Shown here piece by piece: positions 37,936 to 50,080 of a stretch of 64,000 nucleotides of DNA; the stretch's first letter is position 1, and the number at the start of each line of letters is the position of its first letter. Made by a program: the position numbers and the translations under genes. The notes beneath the pieces were generated by a model. That model was not told the DNA's origin. It saw only the letters and a program-made list of their open reading frames with translations, and did no database searches. Source of the stretch: Negaprion brevirostris (lineage: Eukaryota); contig JARDVH010000106.1 of the NCBI GenBank assembly GCA_030324005.1, positions 45,229,237 to 45,293,236 on the forward strand. Direction: 5' to 3'.

Positions 37936-40723
37936 CTCCAAATGGCATATTAACTCCCTCTCCTTGATGTAGATTTCTCTGGTTGCATTGCATGAGCCTT
38001 CCTGTCAAATGCAGCAATAGTTTCAGCTGCCTCAAGAGATCATTTGCCCCAAAATGTCTGTACTGTCTCTTCCTAATTAGTGCTATGTCACTGCACTTTT
38101 CCCGTAGCCCAATAATTTTTTCCTCTTCAAACATTTATCCAATTCCCTTTCGCAAGTGGTCATTGAATCAGTTGAACTACCCTACCAATTGTTTCCTTCA
38201 TAAAAAATTAGCTCAGGGAAGCAGTTTGTTCAGTTGGCTTGATAATTCAGAATACTGTCAACAACATGGGTTTAATTTCCATTCCGGCTGAGGGAGACTT
38301 GGCACCTACTTCCTCACCTGCCCAAGAGTCGAAGAAAATGGCAAACCACTACTGACAAAAACTGCCACAAATAACAGCTTAGAGTGAACCATCAGCTAAC
38401 AATGAGCCAAGGACTGTCTTTAGACAGAGAACATGCAAATAAATTCATCCAAATTCTTAAAGCCTATAGATGATCACTTACCATGTCCCTGCTTATCTAC
38501 CAAATTTGTTGTTCTTAATCTGTATTGGTTTCCTCTTCAGCAAGGCTGCAAGTTTAAAATTTCTCCCTTTTGCATTTGAATATCTTGCAATCATGCCCTT
38601 TGCCATCTTTGTAACCTCCTACTACTATGCAACACCCACCCTTTGCAAAAAATTCTGTCCCACTCATTCTATCCTTTGAAAATCCTGCAATCAAGTCCAT
38701 GTCTAGCCATTTAGGAAATTCCTTCCCTAAATCCCACTGGTTTTTAATATTCTNNNNNNNNNNNNNNNNNNNNNNNNNNNNNNNNNNNNNNNNNNNNNNN
38801 NNNNNNNNNNNNNNNNNNNNNNNNNNNNNNNNNNNNNNNNNNNNNNNNNNNNNTGGCTTTGAGCAAGTTTACAATATTTACAAAGTTTGCTGGAAAGCAA
38901 AAGCTTTATTGGAACATCTCTTACTGTGGTTTCCTTGACATAAGGTCTATAAGAGAGAGGACAGCAACGAGACATTGCATCACTTACTGTGATGATGTGT
39001 AAGAAGGCTCTTTAGCATATTGCACATAACCGTGCATAAAACACACTTTGCTTTTCTTCATTTAAGACTATTCTGAAACGTGACCTCTTCACTTCACTCC
39101 TAATATTGATTTGGTGTATATTTTTGTCTGCTCATTCTTCCATGATATGGATGCAAACTTATGTCAAAAGCGTTGTATAAAAGCATCCCAAACTTTTTTT
39201 GTACAATACATCTCAGTTTGTTATTTTCATTAAGGCGTGTTGAGGAACATTTATTTTAACTACTAAACGTCTCCAATAAAACTAACAGTGGATGGAACAA
39301 TTAAATGTGACTGTAATTAAGTGCACTAATAATACAATTTCTCAGCAAAGTAGCTTGAATGCTCTAGGCGTTTCTTGCCATTCTCATATAGCTCTTCTGT
39401 TTGCTTTTCTTTCTTATTTCCCTCCCCCTATTTCTTTCAGATGTTTCTTCAGAGTTTTCGATGTGATCAGTAGTACTTTGAGCAACTTTATTTTGGTCTA
39501 TGTGTAGTGTATTTTTCTGGTGAATAACGTGTCCAATCTGTATTCATCACAGCAATCAATAGCAAAATTATTTTTTAAAAAACATGTTTACTCCATGATG
39601 TCCAAAAGAAAGCTTAAAACAAAATTTCCACAATTGTTTCCAGTCTGACCAAGGAACCTTATTTGAAAAGTTGATGTAATTAACACTTTGGCAAATTGAT
39701 TATTATATTAATATTCAAGCTGCGAATNNNNNNNNNNNNNNNNNNNNNNNNNNNNNNNNNNNNNNNNNNNNNNNNNNNNNNNNNNNNNNNNNNNNNNNNN
39801 NNNNNNNNNNNNNNNNNNNNNNNNNNNATTAATATTCAAGCTGCGAATCCAATATAATCCGAAATCTGTAAACAGACCATTGATGTATTCTTTCTTTATT
39901 CATTTTATGGCAGAGATAACATTCCAACAACTGATCGATGTCAATTGATATTCATTTTGCAAATTTTATAATTTTTTTTCCCCACAACATCTTCTTTACA
40001 GAAAGACTGGAAAATGACCAATGTGCAAGCCTCTGTCACTGACAGTTTGCAACCACAATAAACATTTACTGGGAAACTATGGTAAAATACAAACAACACG
40101 ATCTTTGATTCACATATAACCTCAATTCTAAATTTTATTGAACTTCTAAGTTAAGACTTGTCAATTCCAGTGTGCTCTGAGAATACTAAATTCACCTAAG
40201 AAATTTGTGAAAAGTTTGATGAGAACAGGTGAATACCGTCCTGACATAAGCTGCTTCATTGAAGGCCTGAGCAGTTCACAAAATGGATGCAAATTTATAA
40301 ATGCAACAAAAATAGATGCAGCAAATTATTCTTGCTTGGCAATTATGCAGAAATATTTGCCTGCGGTGTAAATGTTTTACTATACTCAGCCCACCAGCGC
40401 TGCAACTAATCAATAGAATACTATATTAACAGCAGCCAACGTTTCCCTAGCTTGTTTGGCCCAGGGATTTTGAGGGCAGCTTGTTGCTTTGAATTACATG
40501 TACATAATTGCAGCTTTACAAATCGCACACAGTGGAGGCAAATGAGAAATCGAGAAAAAGGGGCATATAGTTTGACAGGAAATAACGTATGCAAACGAGA
40601 AAACCTGAATTGATGCACTTTCTNNNNNNNNNNNNNNNNNNNNNNNNNNNNNNNNNNNNNNNNNNNNNNNNNNNNNNNNNNNNNNNNNNNNNNNNNNNNN
40701 NNNNNNNNNNNNNNNNNNNNNNN

Positions 40724-40797
40724 TGATCTTATTGAATGGCGGGGCAGGCTCGAAGGGCTAGATGGCCTACTCCTGCTCCTATTTCTTATGTTCTTAA
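40724..40797 (+). mobile_element. CR1 3' tail
   Basis: gaatggcggggcaggctcgaagggctagatggcctactcctgctcctatttcttatgttctta is a typical CR1 3' end. Confidence 0.7.
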
Positions 40798-40961
40798 TCT
40801 TTAAATCAATGCTACAACATTCTATAAATTGTAGGGAAGGCAGGCAGTGCACAGAATGGAGAGGCAATTGTCCACAGATGGAGAAAAACACAACGGCAGA
40901 TATGTCCCAAAATTGAGGAAATTTCAATAAGAATACTCTAGTATTTGGGCATTATACTGAC

Positions 40962-41116
40962 CGTGATGATACGTAGATGTGTGTCTTCAGGTTTCAGTGG
41001 GTATGCACTGGTGCACTGGAGGAAGCAAAACTTTGGGTTGATGGGTTTGACAGTTTTGTAAACTTCTCTCATTGTTTGCATGCTCTGCATTCCACTGGAG
41101 ATCACCATTGGTCGAC
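40962..41116 (-). CDS. NANS: NANS exon equivalent to human exon 4
   Basis: gggcag|GT CGA CCA ATG...ATC ATC ACG|gtcagt. The 155 bp encode (G)RPMVISSGMQSMQTMREVYKTVKPINPKFCFLQCTSAYPLKPEDTHLRIIT. Confidence 0.96.
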
Positions 41117-41156
41117 CTGCCCACACAGATCATCAGTACAATTAAAAACTGAATCG

Positions 41157-41612
41157 TAACATTTGATTTGATTTATTGTCACATGTATCAGCATACAGTG
41201 AAAGGTATTGTTTCTTGTGCACTTGGTAGCACAGTAGCACTGATGCCTCACAGCTACAGATCCAGGTTCGATTCCTGGCTTGGTCATGGGTTGTGTAGAG
41301 TTCTCCCTGTGCCTACTTGGGTTTCCTCCCATGGTCCAAAGATGTGCGTGTTAGGCAGATTAGCCATGCTAAACTGACCATTAGTGTCATGGGGACTAGC
41401 TAGGGTGAATGGGTGTGATAGTGGGGGTGGGGCCTGGGTGGGATTGTGGTTGGTGCACACTCGATGGGCTGAATGGCCTCCTTCTGCACTGTAGGAGTTT
41501 ATGATTCTATACAGACAAAGCATACTGTTCATAGAGAAGAAAAGGAGAGAATGCAGAATGTAGTGTTACAGTTGTAGTTAGGATATTGAGGAAGATCAAC
41601 TTAATACAAGGT
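41157..41612 (-). mobile_element. Rex1/Babar LINE 3' tail in NANS intron 3, split by a SINE
   Basis: 41160-41220 and 41508-41612 are the reverse complement of the tail at 46800-46966. Confidence 0.8.
41221..41510 (+). mobile_element. HE1-type V-SINE with CR1-like tail
   Basis: B box ggttcgattcc, V core, and tail gatgggctgaatggcctccttctgcactgtagg...atgattcta. Confidence 0.88.
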
Positions 41613-41648
41613 ATTAAAAACATGGAAAATTATACAGGTTTCTCTTAC

Positions 41649-41748
41649 CTTTCTTGGCAGTTTTTTCCAAATATTGAAAGTTATTAGTGTCCCCAGAACC
41701 AACTTTGAAGAAAGGTACATTCAGTTCATGAAGAAATTCAACTGCCAT
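41649..41748 (-). CDS. NANS: NANS exon equivalent to human exon 3
   Basis: ttgcag|ATG GCA GTT...AAG AAA G|gtaaga. The 100 bp encode MAVEFLHELNVPFFKVGSGDTNNFQYLEKTAKK(G), in phase with the neighbouring exons. Not present in the ORF track. Confidence 0.97.
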
Positions 41749-43078
41749 CTGCAATAGAGGAACAAACACTCAGCCAGCTGGCATGGATTTTGGTGATCAG
41801 TCCTTTTATTCTTTTTTTCATTCTAACATTACTACTTATCTGGATGTTCTGCTGTATCTTTCCACTTCTAAACTTCCTTATTGCTCGCTAATCTTTCTCC
41901 TCTCCACTCAATTCATTTCAACAATCTTGATCCCAGCCTGTACCCACTGCAAAGATACTCAAATAGTGAAATGACAATGAACTCAATTCACCAAATGAAG
42001 CTTCAACAAACATTAACAAAGGAAAACAATTTGAGAGTTAACCAGAAAAGAGTTTGCAGGTGTACCAGCTGCCTGAATAAAACATGAACGAGTGTTTACA
42101 GGATGTGGGCGTTGCTGGCTTGGCTGCCAATTACTGCCCATCCCTAATTGTGGAACAGACTTCTTGAACTGCTGCAGTCCACCCTCAATCTGTTGGAAAT
42201 AAAATTCTAGGATTTTGACTTAACAATAATGAAGATAAACAATGCTCCCCTTTCAGCGCCTTTCTAGAAACAACAGCCTGGATTTTGCCAGAGTTCCCAT
42301 CTTATGCACACAGGCAGCGAATAGTCTCCACAAGAACGGGAAACAGTTGACAGCACCAGGTGTGGGACAGGAACTGTCTGACAAACAGTTACTCCTGCTA
42401 ACTGTTTTACATCAAGTCAGTATTGTACTGGTGGTAGATTATTACCAGCAGTACCTGTTTGTGAAAGGCTAATAAATGATCTATGTGACGTGTTCACAAT
42501 CTAAATGATTAAAGGATTTGGTGGTTTCTCTCTACGCCATTTCCTCTGGGGAAAGGGAGCCTAGAAGCAGCAAACATGATCTTAAAGCTGAGTTAGGCTG
42601 TTCAGCGTGAAGCACTTCTTCATACAAAAGATGCTGAAAATTTGGAACCCTTCCCCTCAAAAAGCTGATGAGGTTAAGGATCAATTAAAAATTTAACAGA
42701 TGACTAAGGGTGTTGAACACATCGGTAAACTGAAGTCCATGTGCAGATCACCAATAAATCAAACGTGCTATTCTGAATAGGGTTGAAACCTGTGGGTCGC
42801 ATAACTAGAGAGTTTGTGAACGTGGTCATTAAGCAACAGCTCCTCCTAACAATACAGAGATACCAGCCCTCGTGGTGTTAGGAGGAAACACAGCTTTCAG
42901 CTATCCATCCTTTTTTATTTTAAATGAAATCTATTATTGAAACATCCAAGCAAAATGAAAAGATGGAATTTACAAACTGGATTTTAAACACTCTACAAAT
43001 ATAAGACATTATAGGGAATTTAATCAGAAATAAAATAGTAAAACAAAGTGATATAAATAATCTAAAAGTAGGACATAC

Positions 43079-43294
43079 CTCATCCATACCAGATGCTGTG
43101 AAAAAGATACCAACTTCTTCTGCAAATTGGGAGAGTTCCCTATACTGCTCGTGACTGAACTCCAGGTAGCGCTTGTGATCTCCATAGGTGTCTCCCCATG
43201 AGTGTTTAGATGGATAAGGCCTTTTTAAAGCTTTCTTGTTAAATTTGTACTCCAACTCACTCTTTTGGAACTTAGCACAGTCTGCTCCACATTC
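43079..43294 (-). CDS. NANS: Sialic acid (N-acetylneuraminate-9-phosphate) synthase, exon equivalent to human exon 2
   Basis: Minus strand reads tcatag|GAA TGT GGA...ATG GAT GAG|gtatgt. The 216 bp encode ECGADCAKFQKSELEYKFNKKALKRPYPSKHSWGDTYGDHKRYLEFSHEQYRELSQFAEEVGIFFTASGMDE, closely matching vertebrate NANS. Confidence 0.97.
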
Positions 43295-44854
43295 CTATGA
43301 ATGAGAAACAAGGCACACATTTACAAAAATACTTACTCTTGTTCTAACATTGAATATTTCAATTGGCTACCAGAAAACCCAAGCCAGTTAGCAACAAAAT
43401 CTTGCTGCACTGAAACACAAATTACTATTTCTTCCTTGGCAGCTCGTATCCCTAATGTTGAAACGAAATTATTTAGAAAATATTCTAAAGGATCAATTTA
43501 ACCAAACTCACCCAACAGGAATGAGTTGTGAACAGTCATATCAGCCTCAGTGACCAAGGTTTTACTCACCTGGTCCTCCTCCTCCTCCAGGTACCAGGCT
43601 CTAAGAGGGTATTGTTGACCACGGCCTTTCTTTGGGTATATGTATGATTATGCTCGGCTAAGTACCACAGTGGTCTGATGTTGTCTTCTGCAGTAATGGC
43701 CAACCAGGAAACTCTCTTAACAGCCCACGGTGAGGTGTGATGGAGGGATTTGCAGACTGATAATCAACCTGTTTGAGCTTTAAGACAAAGCTTCAGGCCA
43801 AGAGTCAGGGATGTCACCCACTGCACCACAAGATATCTTGACTCACCTGTCCTAACCATCTCCTCTAGAGCTCAAGATGAAATTCTGTGATTTACTCTGC
43901 ATCGAGGCACTTTACTGAATTTTACTCCAGTAAAGGCACTGAACTTGTTTTGATTAATCTGTCCAAACTGTTATATGGGAGCTGAGGAGTGAAGCATCCT
44001 CAGGATCTCCCTTCCATTACCACAGCTCCTGACAGCATCATATCTCACCTGCTCCAGCACACACTCCCCCACTCCAAAAAAAAACTATGCAGCCTGCATT
44101 ATTCAGACCCAAAAGCAAGTCAAATTATTTTGACTGAAAGCTCATGCTGTATTGAATGGTCAGAGTGTGGTGGCTGATGTTTCAGCACTTGTGAATAATG
44201 AAACTCCATTCTGAGAAGTTGGAATTTGCAATATTCATAAAATCAAGTGAAACATGGCAGCAGATAAGTTAAAAAAACAAGCTTGCAAGCCAAAACGTTT
44301 CAAACAAGTGCTTATCTCATTTGTAGACTACTCTTCAGCTATTTTCTTGTAGCCGGAATCACGTTGATGCCCCTGCTAAATTATGGGATTGAGGAATTTC
44401 ATACAAGTGACTGAGTATACATGCACATTTTTAAAAAAAAATTATGCCATAATGGGATCTGGGTGTTGCTGTCAAGTCAAGCACTTATTGCCCATTATTA
44501 ATTGCCCTGAAATGTTTGGTGGTAAGCTACTTTCTTGAACCATTTCAGTCCAGATGGAATAGGTATTCCTAGTCTGCTGTTGGATGGCAAGTTCCAGGAT
44601 TTTAACTTAGTCATGACAAAACGAAAGGTGGTAGATTATCAAATCAAGATGGTGTGAGACAATAGAAAAAAATAAATGTTGTTACTTAAATCTAAGTATA
44701 AGAAACAGAAAAATCTAAGGTTGGCTATAATCCAAATCGCCATTGTGTCCAGCAACTTTAATTCCATTATTTCCTGTTAAATGTTTACATAACTACTTTT
44801 CAAATCCTTTTCAATTTATATTTAGATATTGGGTTTATTACATTGCATGCGCAG

Positions 44855-45400
44855 AACAGAAACAGGCTGAGGTCCAACTGTCAATTGCAAGCATTTATAA
44901 CCCACGTGTCTCCTCACCCATCTCTGTAGCTAATTTATATAGAGGTAACCTTTCAATTCCTTTCTCTTTCATATGTTTATTCAGCTTCCCTTTAAGTACA
45001 TCTATGCCATTCAATTCAACTATTCTATGTAGTTTGTCCCACATTTCTACTGCTCCTTGGATAAAGAAGTTTCTCTTGAATTCCTGATTGGATTTATTAT
45101 TAACTATCTTATATTTATGGCCCCTATTTATGACTCATCCACAAGTATAAACATTTTCTCTCCATCTAACCGATCAAATCCTTCCATTATCTGAAAGACC
45201 TCAGTCAGGTCACCTCTCAAGCTTCTCTTTTCCAGCAGTAGGAACCCCACCCATCTTCAGTCACTTCTGGAAAACATTTCTTCTCAGTTATCATACCAGC
45301 CTTGTAAAGTTTCTTTGTACCATCTCCAGTCCCTCTATGTTATTTTTTATATACAATCTATCGATCAGAACTGTTCACGATATCAGGGCAATAGGCCCAT
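44855..45400 (-). mobile_element. CR1 LINE 3' fragment
   Basis: Diverged similarity to 49350-49900. Confidence 0.6.
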
Positions 45401-46279
45401 ATAAGAAAAATGTAAATCAAAGGCTGGAGTTCATTTATAGCTGGATAGAATTGAAAACTTGAGCTGAGCCTTGTTCAGATCACACTTGGAGTCTAAACTG
45501 ACATTTATTTTGCAACCACTCACCCATTCTTGCAAGGTTATTGATGCTTTCTTGCATTTTATCATCTTCCTCAAGATATTCAATGCTTGGTATTCAACTG
45601 TACGAACTGTGTTAACATTTAAAAGGATTATGTTAAATCATAATCAGCATTTAATCATGTTAGCATTCCATTTTGTAATTACTGAGAATCACTTTTCTGA
45701 AAATTAAAATAGTACATCAAGAACATTACCTTTATCTAAACTTTTTACTTCTTGAAAGAATTCACGAAACTTGGTCACTCAAGACTTTCCCTTTCAAAAT
45801 CCATGCCAACCCTCTTGTATTTTTGGAGTTCAGTTGTTTGTCTGTTGTGTCTTATATCTTCTTATAATGTACACACGTCCATATTTTTCAAGAAAGAATG
45901 TATGTTTCCATTTTATTTTTTCCTTACAGTACCGTAAATATTAATCATTTATTGTCTTGCTAGATCTATATCACTCAAGAGTTGTTATTATTAACTCCAA
46001 ATCCTTTTGCCTGCTGTTAAGTTACCATTTTGGGTGTGTTTTCCCCCATTGAATAACATAACACTTTGGCTATCTGAGAAGCCAAAATTCTACATTAATA
46101 ATTCATACAAGCTCTCCCTAATCCCGACTGCTTTTCCAGGAAGTAGAAACTCATTTGACTCACACATGCTATAATGACAAGTTATAAAAAAAATACTTTC
46201 AGCGTTTAGGATAAAGAATCTGGTGACTTGGTGTGAAGACAAAAATCTCTCCCCCAACAAAATGAAGGAGACAGGCATT

Positions 46280-46966
46280 GACTTCAAGAAGGACATGTCC
46301 CTGTCTACAACATTGCGGACGAAGTGGAATGGTTGAGACTTTCATGTTTCTGGCTGTCCAGATCATCAACAACCTGTTCTAATCCTTCCACACTGAGACT
46401 ATAGTTAAGAAAGCCTACCATCACTTTACTTTCTCAAGAGTTTAAAGATATTTGACATGTCTGCTACGACTCTCACCAACTTTTACAGATGAATCATAGA
46501 AAGCATTCTTTCTGGTTGTATCAGAGTTTGATATGGCTCTGTCAAAGACTACAAAAAAGCTACAGTCTTGAACAAAGTCCAGTCCACCACACCAAACACC
46601 CTCCAATCCATTGATTCTGTTTACTTTTCCCATTGCCACAGAAAAGCTACCAACATAATCAAAGACCCACGTATCCCAGACATACTCTCCTTCATCTTCT
46701 CCCATCAGGAAAAAGATTTTAAAAAAGAGGATATGCACCAATCGACTCAAGCTTCTTCTCTGCTGCCATCAAACTTTTGAATACAGCTGTCTCATATTAA
46801 GCTGATCTTGCTTTACACCCTAGTTGTGACTGTAACATTACATTCTGCGCTGTCTCCTTTCCTTCTCAATGTATGGTGTACTTTGTATAGGGTGCAAGAA
46901 ACAATACTTTTCACTGTACGCTAATACATTTGACAATAATAAATCAAACAAAATTAAATCAAATCA
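46280..46966 (+). mobile_element. Rex1/Babar LINE 3' part
   Basis: Encodes TIVKKAYH and FDMSATTLTNFYR*IIESILSGCIRV*YG, the Rex1 RT C-terminus; ends in an (aaatc)n tail. Confidence 0.85.
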
Positions 46967-48404
46967 TGAAACCTGATGCTTATTTTGTTAAAGGAATAGC
47001 ACCTCCAGAGGGAGGAAAAGTATTAAATAAGACTGGTATGACCAAGTTCATTCAGAAAGGTTAATCTGATTGTTGTTCATTGCTTAGAGTCCAACACTTT
47101 GCAAGAGTTTCTTTCAATGTTTTTTGCCTTATATTGATCAGTAGTCAGCACAATTTGTAAGTCAACTGTCAAAATATTCAACCCCTAAATCACCAACAAT
47201 GGTGTACAAATGCCTTTCTTAACATCAACAGTACAATATTGATCATTTGCATGTAATCATCCCAGCAAGAAGTCCTGTGGCAATAATGAAGGTTGGAGAA
47301 TTAAAAAAATAACCACGGAAATTGCTGTGGGCTCAGATTGACCTGGAAACGTTGCACTGAGATGCAAATACACAAGTCCAAGCTTTATCTTAACCCAATC
47401 AAAGGTAATTCAAAACATGGCACCTAATTCTGCATTTGAACTCTGGCACACGAGTGGTAAGGTATTAACTTGTATCATTTGGAAAAGAGATACCAATCAG
47501 AGCAATCAGTAAAACCTTACTGTTGTTAATTTACATGGACCTTTCTGGACTGATACAGAATATCGAAGTGCATCAACCGGAGCACTTCTTCTTGAGCAGT
47601 AACCAACTCAACCAAAAAGCCTATGTCCTAAACAATAGAGATTTACAGTCGATCATCATACAGCCCGTTATTCTTAGTGATCTGACCGTGCATAGAGCTC
47701 ATGAAATAGAGTTGGCTTTATCTACGTTGCATCACTCCCAATAACTAAGTGATAATAATATGCCATTAATATTGCATGTAGATCTTTGTAGATTCAACAG
47801 CTATTTTTGAGTACGAAAGTAAAACAGGTTCAGCAATTCAGAAAGGAGTTATGACTTTGATCTAGAAAAAAAATCAGAAAAATGCATGAGAAGGAATTTG
47901 AAGGGATGGAAAATTTGCATAATTTGCAGTCATATGGAACAGTAAGTTAAAGCAGTAGGCTGAATATCAATAGTTGAATGCCAGAGGAGATACGGAAAAA
48001 ATACATTAAGACAGAACTGGTTAAATATAGGAAACTATGAATGCGAGTTCTGGGCATTTTTCTAATCTACCTCCTCATTCTCTGTGTTTATTGGAATACT
48101 GAAATTTCATTTTTTTAAAATCTTGCCAAAGTATTAACTTCATTGTTTCCTTACTTTTTAACCACCCCAGCTGTTTTGTGCTTAACACCTGCTATGACAT
48201 TATTTTGTTAAAGAATGAAAATTTCACTTTCTTTGTAGTAATCAGATACTTGTGCAGTCCTGCAGGAAATTCAGCAAGTTGTTTCTTTCTGTGCAGGTGA
48301 GAAATTTATGTATGTACACTACGTATACTATTCCTACAATCCAAATAAACAAGTTTTTTTCCCCAGAATTTAAGCATTTACAAACTCAACAACTGAAGTC
48401 AAAG

Positions 48405-48600
48405 GTAAAGATAAAGTAAAGTCACCATAGTTCCAGATAAACATAGGCTGTTGGTAATTTAACCTAAGGATCACACCTCAAGTGAGGGGCAATGTTCAAC
48501 CTTCATGGACAATCTCAGTCAGTACAGGAATTGAACCCGCACTGTTGGTGTCTCTCTGCATTACCAACCAACTGTCTAGCCAGCTGAGGTACACCGCTCC
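48405..48600 (-). mobile_element. tRNA-derived SINE
   Basis: B-box-like gggttcaattcc on the minus strand near 48528-48538 and a (ttta/cttta)-type tail at ~48405. Confidence 0.6.
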
Positions 48601-48849
48601 CAACTCAAGTACAGCAAATCCTGATATCAGTATCTTTCAAACAATCTAAAATACATCAAATTGAAAAACATTTGGACTTTTTCAAGCTTGCATTTTCCAG
48701 CAGTTAGGAGTTGCTCAATTTTTCTCACAACACCACATGGCGAATAGATAGCAATTGGTTAAGGGTTAAATTATTTCATCATTTGCACCATAATTAAGAG
48801 CAGGATACGCTTTTACCTTACATACCAAAGGGGTAGCTCACATATCCAA

Positions 48850-49300
48850 AAGGGTTCAGTGGCTATCCAGACAAATCCACAAGGGTCAGACCAGCTCCTA
48901 CCAGGTCCAAATGTGTACACATCTGGTTTCAGATGCCTACCTCACCAAAATCACGAGTGGCCTCTCGGTGTGCAAGAAAATTCAGGCCTAAAACTCAGAG
49001 ATAATGCACTCCATGTTTCCAGTACAATGTTGAGAAAGTACGGCAAAACTAATGGAATCAAACATGCAAAATGCTCACCATCAACCTGTTCAAATTGCAA
49101 TAACTTGAAGAAAGCAAAAGGACACAATGCACATCTAGACCAGATTGATTGTAACACCTGAACTTGGTACAGAATCAACAGCAAATTCACTGAAGTGCCA
49201 TGGTAGAGAAACAACATTTTCCACTTCAGCAAGCACTCAAAACAAAAGTCATCAAAGGAGCTTCACAACAACTCAAGCACAAGAAAGATAATCACCACAT
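48850..49300 (+). mobile_element. Possible degenerate LTR-retrotransposon integrase fragment
   Basis: DNALHVSSTMLRKYGKTNGIKHAKCSP resembles the integrase SDNG...F...NGI.H...SP segment. Confidence 0.4.
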
Positions 49301-49349
49301 GTACTGAGACTTCATCCTCTAACAAAACTGAAAACGTGAATGGCAACGT

Positions 49350-50080
49350 AGAGTCATAGAGGTTTATAGCATGGAAATAGGCCCTTCAGCCCAACTTGTC
49401 CGTGCCACCCATTTTTTTAAACACCTAAGATAATCCCAATTGTCCACATTTGGCCCGTATCCCTCTATACCCATTTTACCCACGTAACTATCTAAATGCT
49501 TTTTAAAAGACAAAACTGTACCCACCTCTTCTACTACCTCTGGCAGCTTATTCCAGACATTCACTACTCTCTGTGAAAGAACAGCCCCTCTGGAACTTTT
49601 GTTTCTTTCCCCTTTCATCTTCAACCCATGCCCTCTAGTTTTAGATTCCCCAACCTTTGGGAAAAGACATTGACTTTCTCGCTGATCTGTGCTCCTCATT
49701 ATTTTGTAGACCTCAATACGATCACCCTCTCAGCCTTCTACACTCCAGAGAAAAAAATCCCAGTTTATCCAGCCTCTCCTTATAACTCAAACCATAAAGT
49801 CTCAGTAGCATCCTAGTAACTTCTTTCTACACTCTTTCTAATTTAATAATATCCTGCCTATAATAGGGTGACCAGAACTGTACACAGTACTCCAAATGTG
49901 GCCTTACCAATGTCTTGTACAGCTTCAACAAGATGTCCCAACTCCTGTATTCAATGTTCTGACCAATGAAACCAAGCATGCTGAATGCCTTCTTCACCAC
50001 TCTGTCCACCTGTGACTCCACTTTCAAGGAGTTATGAAGCGTTACCCCAAGATCTCTTTGTTCTGTAATACTTCCCGACA
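49350..50080 (-). mobile_element. CR1 LINE 3' part, 5'-truncated and relatively young
   Basis: ORF 49827-50081 encodes EQRDLGV...KKAFSMLGFI...LYKTLVRPHLEYCVQFWSPYY and continues into QRVVNVWNKLP and the 3' tail. Confidence 0.93.

Noticed and set aside
38978-39005. Minus-strand TTA CAC ATC ATC ACA|gtaagt (LHIIT), mimicking the end of NANS exon 4
   Set aside because: An in-frame stop lies four codons upstream and there is no further similarity. It belongs to the 34.2/39.0-kb inverted pair.
39707-39848. Direct repeat attaatattcaagctgcgaat flanking a 100-N gap
   Set aside because: Probably a contig overlap artefact. A TSD around an unassembled insertion cannot be excluded.
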